From assembly GCA_965140575.1 (NCBI GenBank), contig OZ223261.1, forward strand, positions 391,243-455,242: 64,000 nt of DNA, in the 5' to 3' direction. Source of the DNA: Sulfurovaceae bacterium (GTDB lineage: Bacteria; Campylobacterota; Campylobacteria; Campylobacterales; Sulfurovaceae). The first letter of the stretch is position 1, and each line of letters opens with the position of its first letter. Below the pieces are notes generated by a model. It was not told the origin of the DNA. It saw nothing but the letters and a program-made list of their open reading frames with translations, and did no database searches. Made by a program: the position numbers and the translations under genes. Of this stretch, positions 20,927 to 32,222 are shown in pieces.

Positions 20927-22234
20927 ATGGGGAAAAAACTATACATAGAAACGCTTGGTTGTGCTATGAATGTGAGAGATTCAGAACATCTCATAGCAGA
21001 ACTCTCAAAAAAACATAACTACACACTCACAGACGATATCACCAAAAGCGATTTAATCATCATCAATACCTGCTCTGTTCGAGAAAAACCCGTTGCAAAA
21101 CTTTTCTCTGAACTTGGCGTCTTCGCTAAAACAAAAAAATCACAAGCTAAGATTGGTGTATGTGGATGCACGGCAAGTCATTTGGGTGCAGAGATCATCA
21201 AAAGAGCCCCATTTGTCGACTTTGTGTTAGGCGCTAGAAATGTATCGAAAATCAGTGAAGTCCTTGAACATAAACATGCTGTTGCTATCGATACGGATTA
21301 TGATGAGAGTAGCTATATCTTCGAAGAATACCGTTCTAACCCCTATAAGGCAATGGTCAACATCTCTATGGGGTGTGATAAATCTTGCGCATTTTGTATC
21401 GTTCCTACTACGCGGGGAGAAGAGGTATCCATCCCTTCAAATCTCATCATCTCCGAGATTCAAAAGTCAGTTGCAAATGGAGCAAAAGAGGTGATGCTTC
21501 TTGGACAAAATGTCAACAATTACGGGCGAAGGTTTACAAACAAGAGCGAGATAGCAAACTTCACAGAGCTCTTAAAGGCAGTGAGCGAGATAGAAGGTCT
21601 AGAGCGTATCCGCTTTACCTCTCCGCATCCACTTCATATGGACGATGCTTTCTTGGAAGAGTTTGCAACAAATCCAAAGATATGTAAGCAGATTCATGTC
21701 CCGCTTCAAAGCGGCTCCACCGAAATACTCAAAGCAATGAAGAGAGGATATACGAAAGAATGGTTTTTAGATAGGTGTGAGCGTATCCGCGCACTAGCGC
21801 CAAATACTACCATATCAACCGATATCATCGTCGGTTTTCCTGGTGAAAGTGAAGAAGATTTTGAACATACTATGGATGTACTAGAGAAAGTACGATTTGA
21901 TCAACTCTTCTCTTTTATCTACTCCCCAAGACCACACACACTAGCAGCGAATTTTGACAATCAGATCGAGAGTGAAATCTCTTCACGAAGATTGACACAC
22001 CTCCAATCAAGACACACAGAGATACTTGATAACATCATGGAGGCGCAACTTAATACAATCCATGAGGTCTATTTTGATGAGCTCAAACCAAATGGAAAGA
22101 TAGCCGGAAGATCAGATGATGGGAAGCTTATATTTGTTGATGGCGGTGAAGCGCTTTTGGGCGAGATAAAAGATGTTATAATCACAAAAATATCAAGAAG
22201 TCTACTTCACGGTAAGGTGATTGATGCAAATTAG
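20927..22234 (+). CDS. miaB: tRNA-2-methylthio-N6-dimethylallyladenosine synthase (radical-SAM methylthiotransferase)
   Basis: UPF0004 N-domain Cys triad ([19 protein letters not shown]), radical-SAM [12 protein letters not shown]-terminal TRAM. Confidence 0.92.
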   Translation: MGKKLYIETLGCAMNVRDSEHLIAELSKKHNYTLTDDITKSDLIIINTCSVREKPVAKLFSELGVFAKTKKSQAKIGVCGCTASHLGAEIIKRAPFVDFVLGARNVSKISEVLEHKHAVAIDTDYDESSYIFEEYRSNPYKAMVNISMGCDKSCAFCIVPTTRGEEVSIPSNLIISEIQKSVANGAKEVMLLGQNVNNYGRRFTNKSEIANFTELLKAVSEIEGLERIRFTSPHPLHMDDAFLEEFATNPKICKQIHVPLQSGSTEILKAMKRGYTKEWFLDRCERIRALAPNTTISTDIIVGFPGESEEDFEHTMDVLEKVRFDQLFSFIYSPRPHTLAANFDNQIESEISSRRLTHLQSRHTEILDNIMEAQLNTIHEVYFDELKPNGKIAGRSDDGKLIFVDGGEALLGEIKDVIITKISRSLLHGKVIDAN

Positions 22235-22850
22235 CTTTTCTAAAAAACTTACTCTCTTAGTTGCGCCTACGATAATCTATATGCTTATGCGTCTTTTATG
22301 GCTTACAACAAGAAAGCATTTTAACTTTTCTGAAGTTATAGAAAAAGAGAAGCAATACCTTTGTACATGTTGGCATGGCGAACTTCTCTTTAGCCCCCAA
22401 GCCTATAGAAAACTGCACCCAAAAAACATTTCCAATGCGATGATTTCCCAACATTTTGATGGAGAGATCATCGCACAAACGCTCTCGTTTTTGGATATCA
22501 AAGCGATCCGTGGTTCAAGTTCAAAAGGAGGCTCTAGAGTATTTTTAGAAGCCTTTAAAAGACTTAAGAGAGGCGAAGAGGTTCTCATCACTCCTGATGG
22601 GCCTAGAGGCCCAAGACACACCCTAGGGGAAGGCATCATCGCTTTAGCACAAAAACTTAATCTGCCGATTTTCATCATGAGTTATCAAGCAAGCAGTTAT
22701 TGGCAGCTTAAAAGCTGGGATAAGTTTATCATCCCTAAACCCTTTAGCAGAGTAGAGTTTTTTGCACAGAGTATAGATATAAGCGATAAGAGCGAAGAAG
22801 AAGCAAAAAAGATCCTCAAAAATGCTATGATGAGGTACACGATAGCATAA
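22221..22850 (+). CDS. DUF374-family protein (lysophospholipid acyltransferase-like)
   Basis: CWHGELLF...[12 protein letters not shown]...IRGSSSKGG...[11 protein letters not shown] pattern characteristic of DUF374. Confidence 0.75.
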   Translation: MMQISFSKKLTLLVAPTIIYMLMRLLWLTTRKHFNFSEVIEKEKQYLCTCWHGELLFSPQAYRKLHPKNISNAMISQHFDGEIIAQTLSFLDIKAIRGSSSKGGSRVFLEAFKRLKRGEEVLITPDGPRGPRHTLGEGIIALAQKLNLPIFIMSYQASSYWQLKSWDKFIIPKPFSRVEFFAQSIDISDKSEEEAKKILKNAMMRYTIA

Positions 22851-22860
22851 GAAGTGAGCG

Positions 22861-23697
22861 ATGAAAGAGCAATTTTTAAAACTGAGTGAAGAATTTTTAG
22901 AGTACCTTTGGGATATCAGAGGGTATAGCGAAACATCTATCACTACTTATGAGATAGCGCTCAAGCAGATGCTTGAATATGCTACCTTTGAAAAAGATGG
23001 GGGTATTACTACACTCAATATAACTCCCTTTAGGCATAAAGTACTCAAAAATAGCAAAAAGACAATCGCAAAAAAACTCAGTGCCATACGCTCTTTTGTC
23101 AAATTTTTAAATGAACAAAAAAATATGCATGTCATCATCTACCCGAGCGAGTCAATAAAGGTACCAAAAACGCTTCCAAAACCGATAGAGCAAAATTATA
23201 TCCAAGAGGTACTCCAGAGTGCCGATTTGGAACAAAAGGCCATTATATATATGCTCTATGGCTTAGGATTGAGGATTAGTGAACTCTCAAGTTTAAAACT
23301 TGAAGATATCAAAGATCACTGGACACAAGTACACGGCAAAGGCAATAAAATGAGAGAACTTCCTCTTGTTGCCGAAGTGCAATCAGTCATCGATACTTAT
23401 ATCGATACCTACAAACCAAAGAAATATCTTTTTGAAAAAAATAACGCCCCTCTTAATAGTGCACAGCTTCGATATAAGATCACCAATATATTTAAAGCAC
23501 ACGGTATCAAGACAACACCGCATCAGCTCAGACACTCTTTTGCAACTCATCTTCTCAATAGCGGTGCGAGGATTGCCGATGTGAGTGAACTCTTAGGGCA
23601 TGCAACAATGGCAACAACCCAAATATATACAAAACTAGCCGATAGTAAAAAACTCGAGGAGTACCTCAAGGCGCATCCACTAACTAAAAAGAGTTGA
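22861..23697 (+). CDS. tyrosine site-specific recombinase, XerC/XerD family
   Basis: 278 aa. GLRISEL, HQLRHSFATHLL, LGHATMATTQIYT catalytic R-H-R-Y region. Housekeeping context. Confidence 0.85.
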   Translation: MKEQFLKLSEEFLEYLWDIRGYSETSITTYEIALKQMLEYATFEKDGGITTLNITPFRHKVLKNSKKTIAKKLSAIRSFVKFLNEQKNMHVIIYPSESIKVPKTLPKPIEQNYIQEVLQSADLEQKAIIYMLYGLGLRISELSSLKLEDIKDHWTQVHGKGNKMRELPLVAEVQSVIDTYIDTYKPKKYLFEKNNAPLNSAQLRYKITNIFKAHGIKTTPHQLRHSFATHLLNSGARIADVSELLGHATMATTQIYTKLADSKKLEEYLKAHPLTKKS

Positions 23698-24673
23698 GCA
23701 TCTCTGCTATCTTGATATCTTGCTTGAAACAGTAAGGTCGGATTTTGGGTGGAATTTTAGCGCCCCTACAAAGCTCTTTGAACTCTTTTGGAAGCGTAAC
23801 ATCAAGATAAGGGGCTATAAATACCTTCTCATCAAAGGTCTCAATAGCCCAACTACCACCTATTACAAGTGAGTCATTCTTTTCGATGTCATCTCTTTGC
23901 GCTCTACTTAGCAGATAACCAAGCTTTTTGAGCGTTTTATCTACCGCGCTTACCCTAACCCTCGCATCATCAATTTTAAGCACTCTAAGCTCTTTATCGG
24001 CATACAAAAGCCTATAGCCACTTTTCAATTTGCAACAATCTTCCTCTATGTAACTCAAACTTCTTTTAATTCCCTCTTGAAACTCTGCAAGCAAGGCATC
24101 ACTATAGTGCTTTCTAAAAAAGTTTCTCTCATAACTCTCATCACTATTGCTTGCATCGATGAAGTATCTATGATCGTTTGCTTTTAGGTACTCTAGAAGC
24201 TCACTTTTTGTATGCTCCAAGAGTGGACGCGATATGATGTACCCCTCTTTTTGTACTTGTGCCTCTAAGCCTATAAGTTCACATACTCCCGAACCCTTTG
24301 TAAGCCGCATCAAAAACCACTCAAGCTTGTCATTAAGTTGGTGTGCCGTGAGTAAAACATCGTATCCATGCTCTGCTATGAGCTCTTCAAAGAAAGCATA
24401 ACGAAATGCTCTGGCATTTGCCTCAAAATTATTTGTAAACTTTGGAGCTTTGATCTCAAAACAGTTGAGTTTGTACATTTTTGCTAACTCTTTAGCATAA
24501 GCCACCTCTTGGGCACTCTGCTCTCTGATGCCATAATCAACAATAGCGATGTCAAAATTGACACCCACATCGACAAGTAGAAAAAAAAGTGCACTTGAGT
24601 CTATACCGCCTGAAAAAGCCAAGAGTGAACGCTTCTGTTTTACAAGCTCTGTAAACTTTTGTGACAACTTCAT
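23684..24673 (-). CDS. tilS: tRNA(Ile)-lysidine synthase
   Basis: PP-loop LAFSGGIDSSALFFLL. 329 aa. Overlaps rimO by 4 nt. Confidence 0.9.
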   Translation of the reverse strand: MKLSQKFTELVKQKRSLLAFSGGIDSSALFFLLVDVGVNFDIAIVDYGIREQSAQEVAYAKELAKMYKLNCFEIKAPKFTNNFEANARAFRYAFFEELIAEHGYDVLLTAHQLNDKLEWFLMRLTKGSGVCELIGLEAQVQKEGYIISRPLLEHTKSELLEYLKANDHRYFIDASNSDESYERNFFRKHYSDALLAEFQEGIKRSLSYIEEDCCKLKSGYRLLYADKELRVLKIDDARVRVSAVDKTLKKLGYLLSRAQRDDIEKNDSLVIGGSWAIETFDEKVFIAPYLDVTLPKEFKELCRGAKIPPKIRPYCFKQDIKIAEMLNSF

Positions 24674-25992
24674 ACATTAGCCCCTTTTACAGTTCCTAAG
24701 AGTATCTCATCGCCCACAAGCTCACTAATATAGATGCGGTATCTTTTGCCGAAATCGATCTGCATATCTGAGCTATCATTGATAAGTATCTCGCCATCAA
24801 TCTCTCGCTCCCAATTCAGCGGCTTTGCGCTAAGGAGATACTCATGCTCACTGCTCTCTTTTTCAATCACTGCCTCTATCTCTGTACCAACCAATTTTTC
24901 CAAAGATGCCTTGACACTCTTTCTTGCGATTGCCCCTAATCTTTTGGCTCTTTTAGCTATAGTTTTTGACTCTACCTGCTCCATACTAAAAGCTGCCGTA
25001 TCCTCTTCGTTAGAGTATTCAAATACATTAAATCGATCAAACCAAAAATCCTCTACATACTCACACAATTTCTCAAATGCCTCATCGTCTTCACCGGGAT
25101 GACCCACAATAAAAGTGCTTCTTATGAAAGCGTTTGATTTTGAGCGCATATACTCTAAGAGCTCTTTCGTCTTTGTCTCTCCAAAGCCTCGCTTCATGGT
25201 TTTGAGCATTCCGTCATCACTATGTTGGATAGGTATATCATAGTAGGTTTGAAAAAGAGACGAATCGGCAATCGCATCAATAAGTGCAAATGTTGTCGTG
25301 CTCGGATAGAGATAGAGTATCTTTGCGCTTTGAACTCCCTCTATCTTCTCCACTGCTTTTATAAGCTCTATGAGCCCATCTTTGAACCCCAAATCTCTGC
25401 CGTAACTTGAGCTATCTTGTGAGATAAAACTAAAATCCCAATAGCCTCTTGCGACTAGAGACTTGACCTCTTTGACAATCGAGTCAATCCCTCTTGAGTG
25501 GAGTTTGCCTTTGAAGTTTGGAATGGCACAAAATGAGCATGACTGGTTGCACCCCTCTGCAATCTTGATATAAGCATGATAGCTTGAGCCTGTGATAACT
25601 CTTGGCACATCCTCGTTTGCTAAAAAAACACTAGAGGAGTAGCTACTCTTTTTTGCCTCTATCAACCTGTCTATATTGTCATAATCGCCAACGCCTGTAA
25701 ATATGTCAACTTCACTCAAATCTTTTTGAAGCTCCTCTTTATAGCGCTCACTCAAACAGCCGCTCATTACGAGCAGAGAGTCTCTTTTTCGCAAAGCGTG
25801 CAACTCCATAATAGTCTCTAGAGACTCCGTTTTCGCTGCCTCTATAAAACCACAGGTATTGACAATAATGACATCGGCATTGCTAGGATCGTCAACTACT
25901 TTGTATTGACTTAACTTGCCGAGCATTACTTCGCTATCGACTAGATTTTTTGTACATCCCAAACTCACTAGATGGAGTGTTTTTTGTCCCAT
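24670..25992 (-). CDS. rimO: ribosomal protein S12 methylthiotransferase
   Basis: LVSLGCTKN, NTCGFIE, radical-SAM CSFCAIPNFKGKLHSR, TRAM C-terminus. ATG 25992 (MGQKTLHL) preferred over the track start 26073. Confidence 0.9.
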   Translation of the reverse strand: MGQKTLHLVSLGCTKNLVDSEVMLGKLSQYKVVDDPSNADVIIVNTCGFIEAAKTESLETIMELHALRKRDSLLVMSGCLSERYKEELQKDLSEVDIFTGVGDYDNIDRLIEAKKSSYSSSVFLANEDVPRVITGSSYHAYIKIAEGCNQSCSFCAIPNFKGKLHSRGIDSIVKEVKSLVARGYWDFSFISQDSSSYGRDLGFKDGLIELIKAVEKIEGVQSAKILYLYPSTTTFALIDAIADSSLFQTYYDIPIQHSDDGMLKTMKRGFGETKTKELLEYMRSKSNAFIRSTFIVGHPGEDDEAFEKLCEYVEDFWFDRFNVFEYSNEEDTAAFSMEQVESKTIAKRAKRLGAIARKSVKASLEKLVGTEIEAVIEKESSEHEYLLSAKPLNWEREIDGEILINDSSDMQIDFGKRYRIYISELVGDEILLGTVKGANV

Positions 25993-26052
25993 TACCGCTC
26001 TTTTTTTGAATGAATTATAGCATAAGATATTTATTATGTTATCATTACGCTT

Positions 26053-26952
26053 ATGTATAATCATCCAAAACAATTAGCAATCATAGGGCCAACTGCCAGC
26101 GGTAAAAGCGCACTTGCAATCAAGATAGCAAAAGAGCTTGATGCAGATATTCTTTCGCTTGATTCACTCGCCATCTATAAAGAGATTGATATCGCCTCAG
26201 CTAAACCGACCAAAGAAGAGATGGATGGCATCACACATTATGGGGTCGATCTTATCTATCCCAATGAGCCTTTTGATGTGACAATATATGTACAACTCTA
26301 TAGAGAAGTTTACAAGAGAGCTCGAGAAAAAAATAGGACACTCATTATCGTCGGAGGGACGAGTTTTTATCTTCAAACGCTCCTAAAAGGTATCAGCAAC
26401 ACACCAAAACTTAACAAAGAAGAGCAAGATTATGTTGCGCATCTGCTCCAAGATAAGCAAAAAGCCTATGAGTTACTTCTAAAAATTGATCCACACTATA
26501 TCTCTAAAATTGCGAGTAATGATCGCTATAGGATAGAAAAAGCGCTTGCAATCTATGTCGCATCCAAGATAGCTCCGAGTCTCTATTTTAAGCAAAATCC
26601 GCCTCAACCTATCATAGAGGATAGACTCCCTATCTATGAGATAAGTGTAGAAAAAGAGTACCTTATAAATCGCATAGAAAAAAGAACAGCGATGATGTTA
26701 CAAGATGGGCTTGTAGAAGAGGTGAGTTATCTCAAAGAAAAGTATGGAATCAAACCTCATTGCATGAAAGCTATAGGGATCAAAGAGACGCTTGATTTTA
26801 TCGAAAATAAGATAGATGAAAAGGAGCTTGCTTCGCGCATCTCCATTCACACAAGACAACTTGCAAAAAGACAAAATACTTTCAATAAAACACAATTTAA
26901 AGAGAAGATAAGCGGTGGATGCGATAGTATATATGAAGAGATTCTGAGATAA
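26053..26952 (+). CDS. miaA: tRNA dimethylallyltransferase
   Basis: P-loop IIGPTASGKSALAI, SLDSLAIYKEIDIASAKP. Confidence 0.92.
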   Translation: MYNHPKQLAIIGPTASGKSALAIKIAKELDADILSLDSLAIYKEIDIASAKPTKEEMDGITHYGVDLIYPNEPFDVTIYVQLYREVYKRAREKNRTLIIVGGTSFYLQTLLKGISNTPKLNKEEQDYVAHLLQDKQKAYELLLKIDPHYISKIASNDRYRIEKALAIYVASKIAPSLYFKQNPPQPIIEDRLPIYEISVEKEYLINRIEKRTAMMLQDGLVEEVSYLKEKYGIKPHCMKAIGIKETLDFIENKIDEKELASRISIHTRQLAKRQNTFNKTQFKEKISGGCDSIYEEILR

Positions 26953-26985
26953 CCCTAAGCCGCACATAAGTGCGATCAGGAGTTA

Positions 26986-28476
26986 TCAAAGAACCGAGTA
27001 ATCTATCATATAGGTGATATATGAGAGAAGTTGTTGGAAGAAAAATACCGATGTAACGGTAACGATAACTGCTATTCCTATGATTACCATAAGCGGTTTT
27101 GAGATGTTATAATAAACCGTATTCATATCTTTATTTGGCTCTTTAAGGAACATATAGACAATCAGTTTAAGATAGTAGTATGCTGCTATAGCACTATTGA
27201 GTCCCATAATGATAGCAAGCCAAATATATCCTTTATCAACAGCGGCACTCATGATATAGAGTTTTCCCCAAAATACAGAAAATGGTGGAACCCCTGCAAG
27301 TGAGAGCATAAAGAGTGCCATTACCACAGCACCCATAGGCATCACCTTGATAAGACCTGCAAATTTTTCATACGGATGGTCAAATCTAAGACTATAGCGT
27401 CTCTTTTTATGTCTTGATATCCAAAGCATTGTAAAGGCTCCGAGATTTGTAAACATAAAGAGCGTATAGTAGACAAATATACTCACATCCCCTTTTGTTG
27501 TCCCAAGCGCAAGCGCCGACATAACAAATCCTGCATGTGCGATAGATGAGTAAGCAAGCATTCTTTTGACATCTTCTTGCACAAGTGCCATGATATTTGC
27601 AAGTGTCATCGTGAGTACTGCAAGCACTAAAATGATAACTCTAATTGGCTCAATACCAAGATCGATATAGGTTCCAAATATACGGAGTGCAACAACAAAT
27701 GTCGCAATCTTCGGCACTATCGACATGTAGCCGGCAAGTGGCGCAGGTGCACCCTCATACACATCAGGTACCCAAGTATGGAAAGGGAAAAGTGATATCT
27801 TAAATGCAAAAGAGACAAGAAGTAAGACGCCACCGGCTATGATAACCGCCGATAATCCAGGTTCATTTAAACGATCCCCGATAACATCTTTGATAGCATA
27901 AAGCTCTATACTTCCCGTTGTCGCATAGATGAGTGCTGAACCCATCGCAAAAAATCCTGCTGCGACGGCTCCCATAGTAAAGTACTTCACGGCAGCCTCA
28001 TAAGAGTTGCTTCTATTGTGCATCGCTATGAGCGTGTAAAGAGAGAGAGAAGCTGTCTCAAGACCCACAAAAATGAGTATCAAGTTGTCACTTGTTACCA
28101 TAAATTGGAAACCTGCAATCATAAACAAAAAGAGTGCAAAGAACTCAGGATATGAGAACTCATGGAATCTTTTTGAGGTGAGTGCGAGTGGGATGAAAAG
28201 CATAGAGGTAACAAGGATAAGCAACTGTGTCACTATAGCAATACCATCGACCAAAATAAGGTCAAAGAAACCTCTATCATTAACAACCAAACTGAGCACA
28301 GAACCGAAATCCACGAAAAGGATTAATATCATCATCATAACATAGAACGATTTGTGAAGATCATTTTTAATAAGATCAATTATGAGTATAAGTAACCCAC
28401 CGCAAACTGCTATCAGCATCGGTATCAGAGTTGGAAGATTGAGCTCTTGCATTGTAATGGAAATTTGACCCAACAT
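26986..28476 (-). CDS. nuoN: NADH-quinone oxidoreductase subunit N
   Basis: 496 aa polytopic antiporter-like subunit, last gene of the nuo operon. ATG overlaps the nuoM stop (TAATG). Confidence 0.92.
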   Translation of the reverse strand: MLGQISITMQELNLPTLIPMLIAVCGGLLILIIDLIKNDLHKSFYVMMMILILFVDFGSVLSLVVNDRGFFDLILVDGIAIVTQLLILVTSMLFIPLALTSKRFHEFSYPEFFALFLFMIAGFQFMVTSDNLILIFVGLETASLSLYTLIAMHNRSNSYEAAVKYFTMGAVAAGFFAMGSALIYATTGSIELYAIKDVIGDRLNEPGLSAVIIAGGVLLLVSFAFKISLFPFHTWVPDVYEGAPAPLAGYMSIVPKIATFVVALRIFGTYIDLGIEPIRVIILVLAVLTMTLANIMALVQEDVKRMLAYSSIAHAGFVMSALALGTTKGDVSIFVYYTLFMFTNLGAFTMLWISRHKKRRYSLRFDHPYEKFAGLIKVMPMGAVVMALFMLSLAGVPPFSVFWGKLYIMSAAVDKGYIWLAIIMGLNSAIAAYYYLKLIVYMFLKEPNKDMNTVYYNISKPLMVIIGIAVIVTVTSVFFFQQLLSYITYMIDYSVL

Positions 28477-30005
28477 TAGTTCTCCTCCTTATCTTTTAAT
28501 CGCATAGAAGCGATAAGCTCTTTTGTTTTTGGCTTCACGGCTTTTGCTTCCATAAGCTCCAACATACTAGAGACTGAAACATCTATAGGTTTGAGTATAG
28601 GTGTTGGATACACCCCTAACCAAACTACTATGAGCACAAGCGGGACAAGTGAAAAAGTCTCTCTTGCATCAATATCAAGAAGTTTTTTATTTTCCTTATT
28701 AGTAAGCTCACCAAAAAATGTCTTTTTGAAAAGAGAAAGCATATAAACAGCACCGACAATGATCGAAGCACCTGCTAAGATCGTCAATATCGGCGAGATT
28801 TTATAAAAGCCTATGAGCACCAAGAACTCACCAACAAACCCCATAGTAAGTGGCAATCCAACTGATGCCATAAGCATGATACCAAATATCATCGCATAGC
28901 GTGGCATCACAAGTGCGAGACCACCAAACTCACTCATAAGTTTCGTATGTCTTCTATCGTAGATCATCCCCACGAGCATAAACATTGCACCCGAGACAAT
29001 ACCGTGTGCTAGCATTTGAAATATCGAACCGCTAATCCCTTGTGTATTCATAGCAAATGCACCAAGCATGATAATCCCCATATGCGAAACGGATGAATAG
29101 GCAATAACCTGCTTGATATCCTCTTGCGCATAGGCAACCATGGCTGTATAGATGATCATGATAATAGCAATAACGGCAATAGGAACAATCATCATCATAG
29201 AGGCATCAGGAAAGAGCGGGAGAGAGAATCGCACAAATCCATATGTTCCCATTTTAAGAAGCACGGCTGCAAGTATGACAGAACCGATAGTCGGTGCTTG
29301 ACCATGCGCATAAGGCAACCATGTGTGGAAAGGGAACATTGGCACCTTGATAGCAAACCCGATAAAAAATGCAGCAAAAAGCCATAGTTGTACATTGACA
29401 CCCATCTTTAGTTGATACCAATCAGTCAGAGCAAAGCTCCACACTCCTACGATATCATAATATGTAAACGCCATGTAGAGGACACCCACGAGCATAATGA
29501 GTGAACCCGTAAAGGTATATAAAAAGAATTTGATAGCCGCATAGACTCTCAGCGGTCCACCCCATGCACCGATGATATAGAGCATAGGCACCAAAGAGAG
29601 CTCCCAGAAGAGATAGAAGACGATGACATCTAAAGAGACAAATACACCCACCATCGTCATCTCCAAAAAGAGAAGTGTGATGACCATATTTTTGATCTCA
29701 TTCTTGACACTCATACTTATAACTCCGATGAGCGTCATCAGTGTTGCCATGATGACCAAGAAGAGGCTAATCCCATCAACCGCAACATAGTAGCTTATCC
29801 CAAAATCAGGCACGATAGGAATTAACTCAACAAACTGCATCGCTGCACTCGTCCCATCAAAAGTCGCCCATAAAAACAAGGAGAGCGCAAACTCTACAGC
29901 AGCTACACTAATCCCATACGCCCTTATGCTGTTCTTATCGATCACAAATCCAAGCAATCCTGCAATCGCCGGAAAAAATATCAATACACTTAAAATATTA
30001 TCCAT
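28476..30005 (-). CDS. nuoM: NADH-quinone oxidoreductase subunit M
   Basis: 509 aa antiporter-like subunit, in operon order. Confidence 0.92.
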   Translation of the reverse strand: MDNILSVLIFFPAIAGLLGFVIDKNSIRAYGISVAAVEFALSLFLWATFDGTSAAMQFVELIPIVPDFGISYYVAVDGISLFLVIMATLMTLIGVISMSVKNEIKNMVITLLFLEMTMVGVFVSLDVIVFYLFWELSLVPMLYIIGAWGGPLRVYAAIKFFLYTFTGSLIMLVGVLYMAFTYYDIVGVWSFALTDWYQLKMGVNVQLWLFAAFFIGFAIKVPMFPFHTWLPYAHGQAPTIGSVILAAVLLKMGTYGFVRFSLPLFPDASMMMIVPIAVIAIIMIIYTAMVAYAQEDIKQVIAYSSVSHMGIIMLGAFAMNTQGISGSIFQMLAHGIVSGAMFMLVGMIYDRRHTKLMSEFGGLALVMPRYAMIFGIMLMASVGLPLTMGFVGEFLVLIGFYKISPILTILAGASIIVGAVYMLSLFKKTFFGELTNKENKKLLDIDARETFSLVPLVLIVVWLGVYPTPILKPIDVSVSSMLELMEAKAVKPKTKELIASMRLKDKEEN

Positions 30006-30015
30006 TCCCTCTCCC

Positions 30016-31917
30016 TTAACCTATCGCCGATGAAATCAAAGCTGCAATAAGCAATGCAACTGCACCAAAAATCATCCAAGCTAAATAGTTTGATAGATTA
30101 CCGCTTTGCATCTTTCTCGATCCATCACCGCTTTTATAGACCACATTAGCTATCGCATCAACAGTTGCATCGACGATTTTCATATCGATGCTTCTCCAAA
30201 ATATACTAGAAAGTTCAGCATATGGTTTTGATATCATCTCTGCATACAATTGCGGTATATAATATTGATTTGCCAAGAGTCTATAGATGAAGCTATTTTC
30301 AGTTTTTTCGCTTCTTTTTAGTCCTCTAATATATTTAAACGCAGCCAACAGTATCCCGCCGACAGCAAATGCCAATACTATAGCTCCAAGTATGCTTGCT
30401 AGATGATGTGTATGTTCGCTCATCTCATACTCCGGCAATAGATTTGTGATAAAGCCCTCAAACCAATCTTTTCCAAACCCTGCAATGGCAGCTAAAATTG
30501 CAAGTGGACTTAGTCCGATTAGGACATATGTATACATCTCATGTGGATGGATGCCAAATTCTTTATAGCGCTCATCGCCATGGAAAGTTAAGAAGACCTG
30601 TCTAAAGCTATAAAATGCGGTCATTCCTGCAGTAATCACAAGCATCGCCCAAAGAATCAGACTTCCTTCATTAAATGCACTCTCTATGATCGCATCTTTT
30701 GAGAAGTAGCCTGCAAATGGTGGGATACCGGCAAGCGCTAAGGATGCTAGACCCATATAACCCCAAGTCCATCGCATCTTTTTACGCAATCCTCCCATCT
30801 TAAAGATATCAAGCTCATCATGCATAGCATGCATCACGTTTCCTGCACCCAAGAAGAGAAGCGCTTTGAAAAATGCGTGTGCCGCAAGATGAAAAAGTGC
30901 TATCCAATACGCACCAAGTCCGGCTGCTGCAAACATATATCCAAGTTGAGAAAGAGTTGAAAATGCAATGATTCTTTTCAAATCTCTATTGACAAGTGCC
31001 ATGGACGCCGCAAAGAATGCAACAAATGTTCCAAGTGAAGCGATGAAATAACTTACTCCGGCAACCTCTTCCATCCCAAAAAGTGGATTGGCACGAATGA
31101 CCAAAAAGACTCCGGCAGTAACCATAGTCGCAGCATGAATAAGAGCGGAGACAGGTGTCGGCCCTTCCATCGCATCAGTCAACCAAGTATGGAGAGGAAA
31201 TTGTGCCGATTTACCCATAGCACCGATAAAGAGTGCAATCGCTGCAGTAATCAATACTGCCGGTGAGAGTTCAGCGAGTTTTGGGAATACCTCATCATAT
31301 TGGAGTGAACCTGTATTCCAAAATATGATAAATATACCCACAAGCATACCAAGGTCAGCGATACGATTCATAATAAATGCTTCATTTGCTGCCCAAGAAG
31401 GAGAGATAGATGGGTTGATATCTCTTGTGACATCTTTTTTGTGATACCAGAAACCTATAAGCAACCATGAGCAGACACCAACACCTTCCCAGCCGATGAA
31501 AAGACCTGCAAAATTATCACTCATAACAAGTACCATCATCGAAAAGACAAATGCTGAGAGATAAGAGAAAAATCTGTTAAAACTTCTATCATGGTCCATA
31601 TAACCGATAGAGTAGATGTGCACAACCGTAGAGACCAAAGAGACGACAACCATCATCGTTACACTCACATGATCTGCCACAAAACCAAAAGGGATGGAGA
31701 GATCGCCAACAACAATCCAATCCATCATAGTCACATGGATTACCTCGTTAGTCATTGCGATATGGTATGCCAATGTTGCTGATGCCAAAAATGATATAAA
31801 TAGAAGCAACGATGCAACGATACCAACGAATGTCTGCTTCGGCACCATAACAAACATCAATGCAAAAAGAGAACTGACAAAGGGAGCAAAAAGTGCGATA
31901 TATACTAAAATTTCCAT
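30016..31917 (-). CDS. nuoL: NADH-quinone oxidoreductase subunit L
   Basis: 633 aa antiporter-like subunit with long C-terminal extension. Confidence 0.92.
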   Translation of the reverse strand: MEILVYIALFAPFVSSLFALMFVMVPKQTFVGIVASLLLFISFLASATLAYHIAMTNEVIHVTMMDWIVVGDLSIPFGFVADHVSVTMMVVVSLVSTVVHIYSIGYMDHDRSFNRFFSYLSAFVFSMMVLVMSDNFAGLFIGWEGVGVCSWLLIGFWYHKKDVTRDINPSISPSWAANEAFIMNRIADLGMLVGIFIIFWNTGSLQYDEVFPKLAELSPAVLITAAIALFIGAMGKSAQFPLHTWLTDAMEGPTPVSALIHAATMVTAGVFLVIRANPLFGMEEVAGVSYFIASLGTFVAFFAASMALVNRDLKRIIAFSTLSQLGYMFAAAGLGAYWIALFHLAAHAFFKALLFLGAGNVMHAMHDELDIFKMGGLRKKMRWTWGYMGLASLALAGIPPFAGYFSKDAIIESAFNEGSLILWAMLVITAGMTAFYSFRQVFLTFHGDERYKEFGIHPHEMYTYVLIGLSPLAILAAIAGFGKDWFEGFITNLLPEYEMSEHTHHLASILGAIVLAFAVGGILLAAFKYIRGLKRSEKTENSFIYRLLANQYYIPQLYAEMISKPYAELSSIFWRSIDMKIVDATVDAIANVVYKSGDGSRKMQSGNLSNYLAWMIFGAVALLIAALISSAIG

Positions 31918-31919
31918 CT

Positions 31920-32222
31920 TTACCCCTTCATCGTAGCGAGATCATCAAGATCAAGCGTACCATTCTTTTTATAGATGAGAATCAAAAGCCCAAGTCCCAC
32001 GGCAACCTCACTCGCAGCTATAGCAATCACGAAAAATGCAAACATTTGACCTGAGAGATCATTGTAAAAATGACCTGCAGCCGCTAAGGCTATATTGGCG
32101 GCATTGAGCATAATCTCCGTTGAGAAAAAGAGCATCAATAGATTCTTTCTTCTTACAACACCCATCAAACCTATCGCAAAAAGCAAACCGGATATTATCA
32201 AGTAGTGATTTAGTCCTATCAT
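31920..32222 (-). CDS. nuoK: NADH-quinone oxidoreductase subunit K
   Basis: 100 aa, 3 TM helices, in operon position. Confidence 0.9.
   Translation of the reverse strand: MIGLNHYLIISGLLFAIGLMGVVRRKNLLMLFFSTEIMLNAANIALAAAGHFYNDLSGQMFAFFVIAIAASEVAVGLGLLILIYKKNGTLDLDDLATMKG

Noticed and set aside
22861-23697. The Xer-type tyrosine recombinase as the integrase of the island
   Set aside because: It lies more than 31 kb away, embedded among miaB, DUF374, tilS and rimO housekeeping genes. It looks like the chromosomal dimer-resolution recombinase.
26053-26073. Overlap of divergent rimO and miaA starts suggested by the track
   Set aside because: The conserved rimO N-terminus begins at MGQKTLHL (ATG 25992). 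The longer start adds 27 non-conserved residues.
26953-26985. Terminator between convergent miaA and nuoN
   Set aside because: It has only a 5-bp CGCAC/GTGCG stem without a U-run, which is too weak to call.
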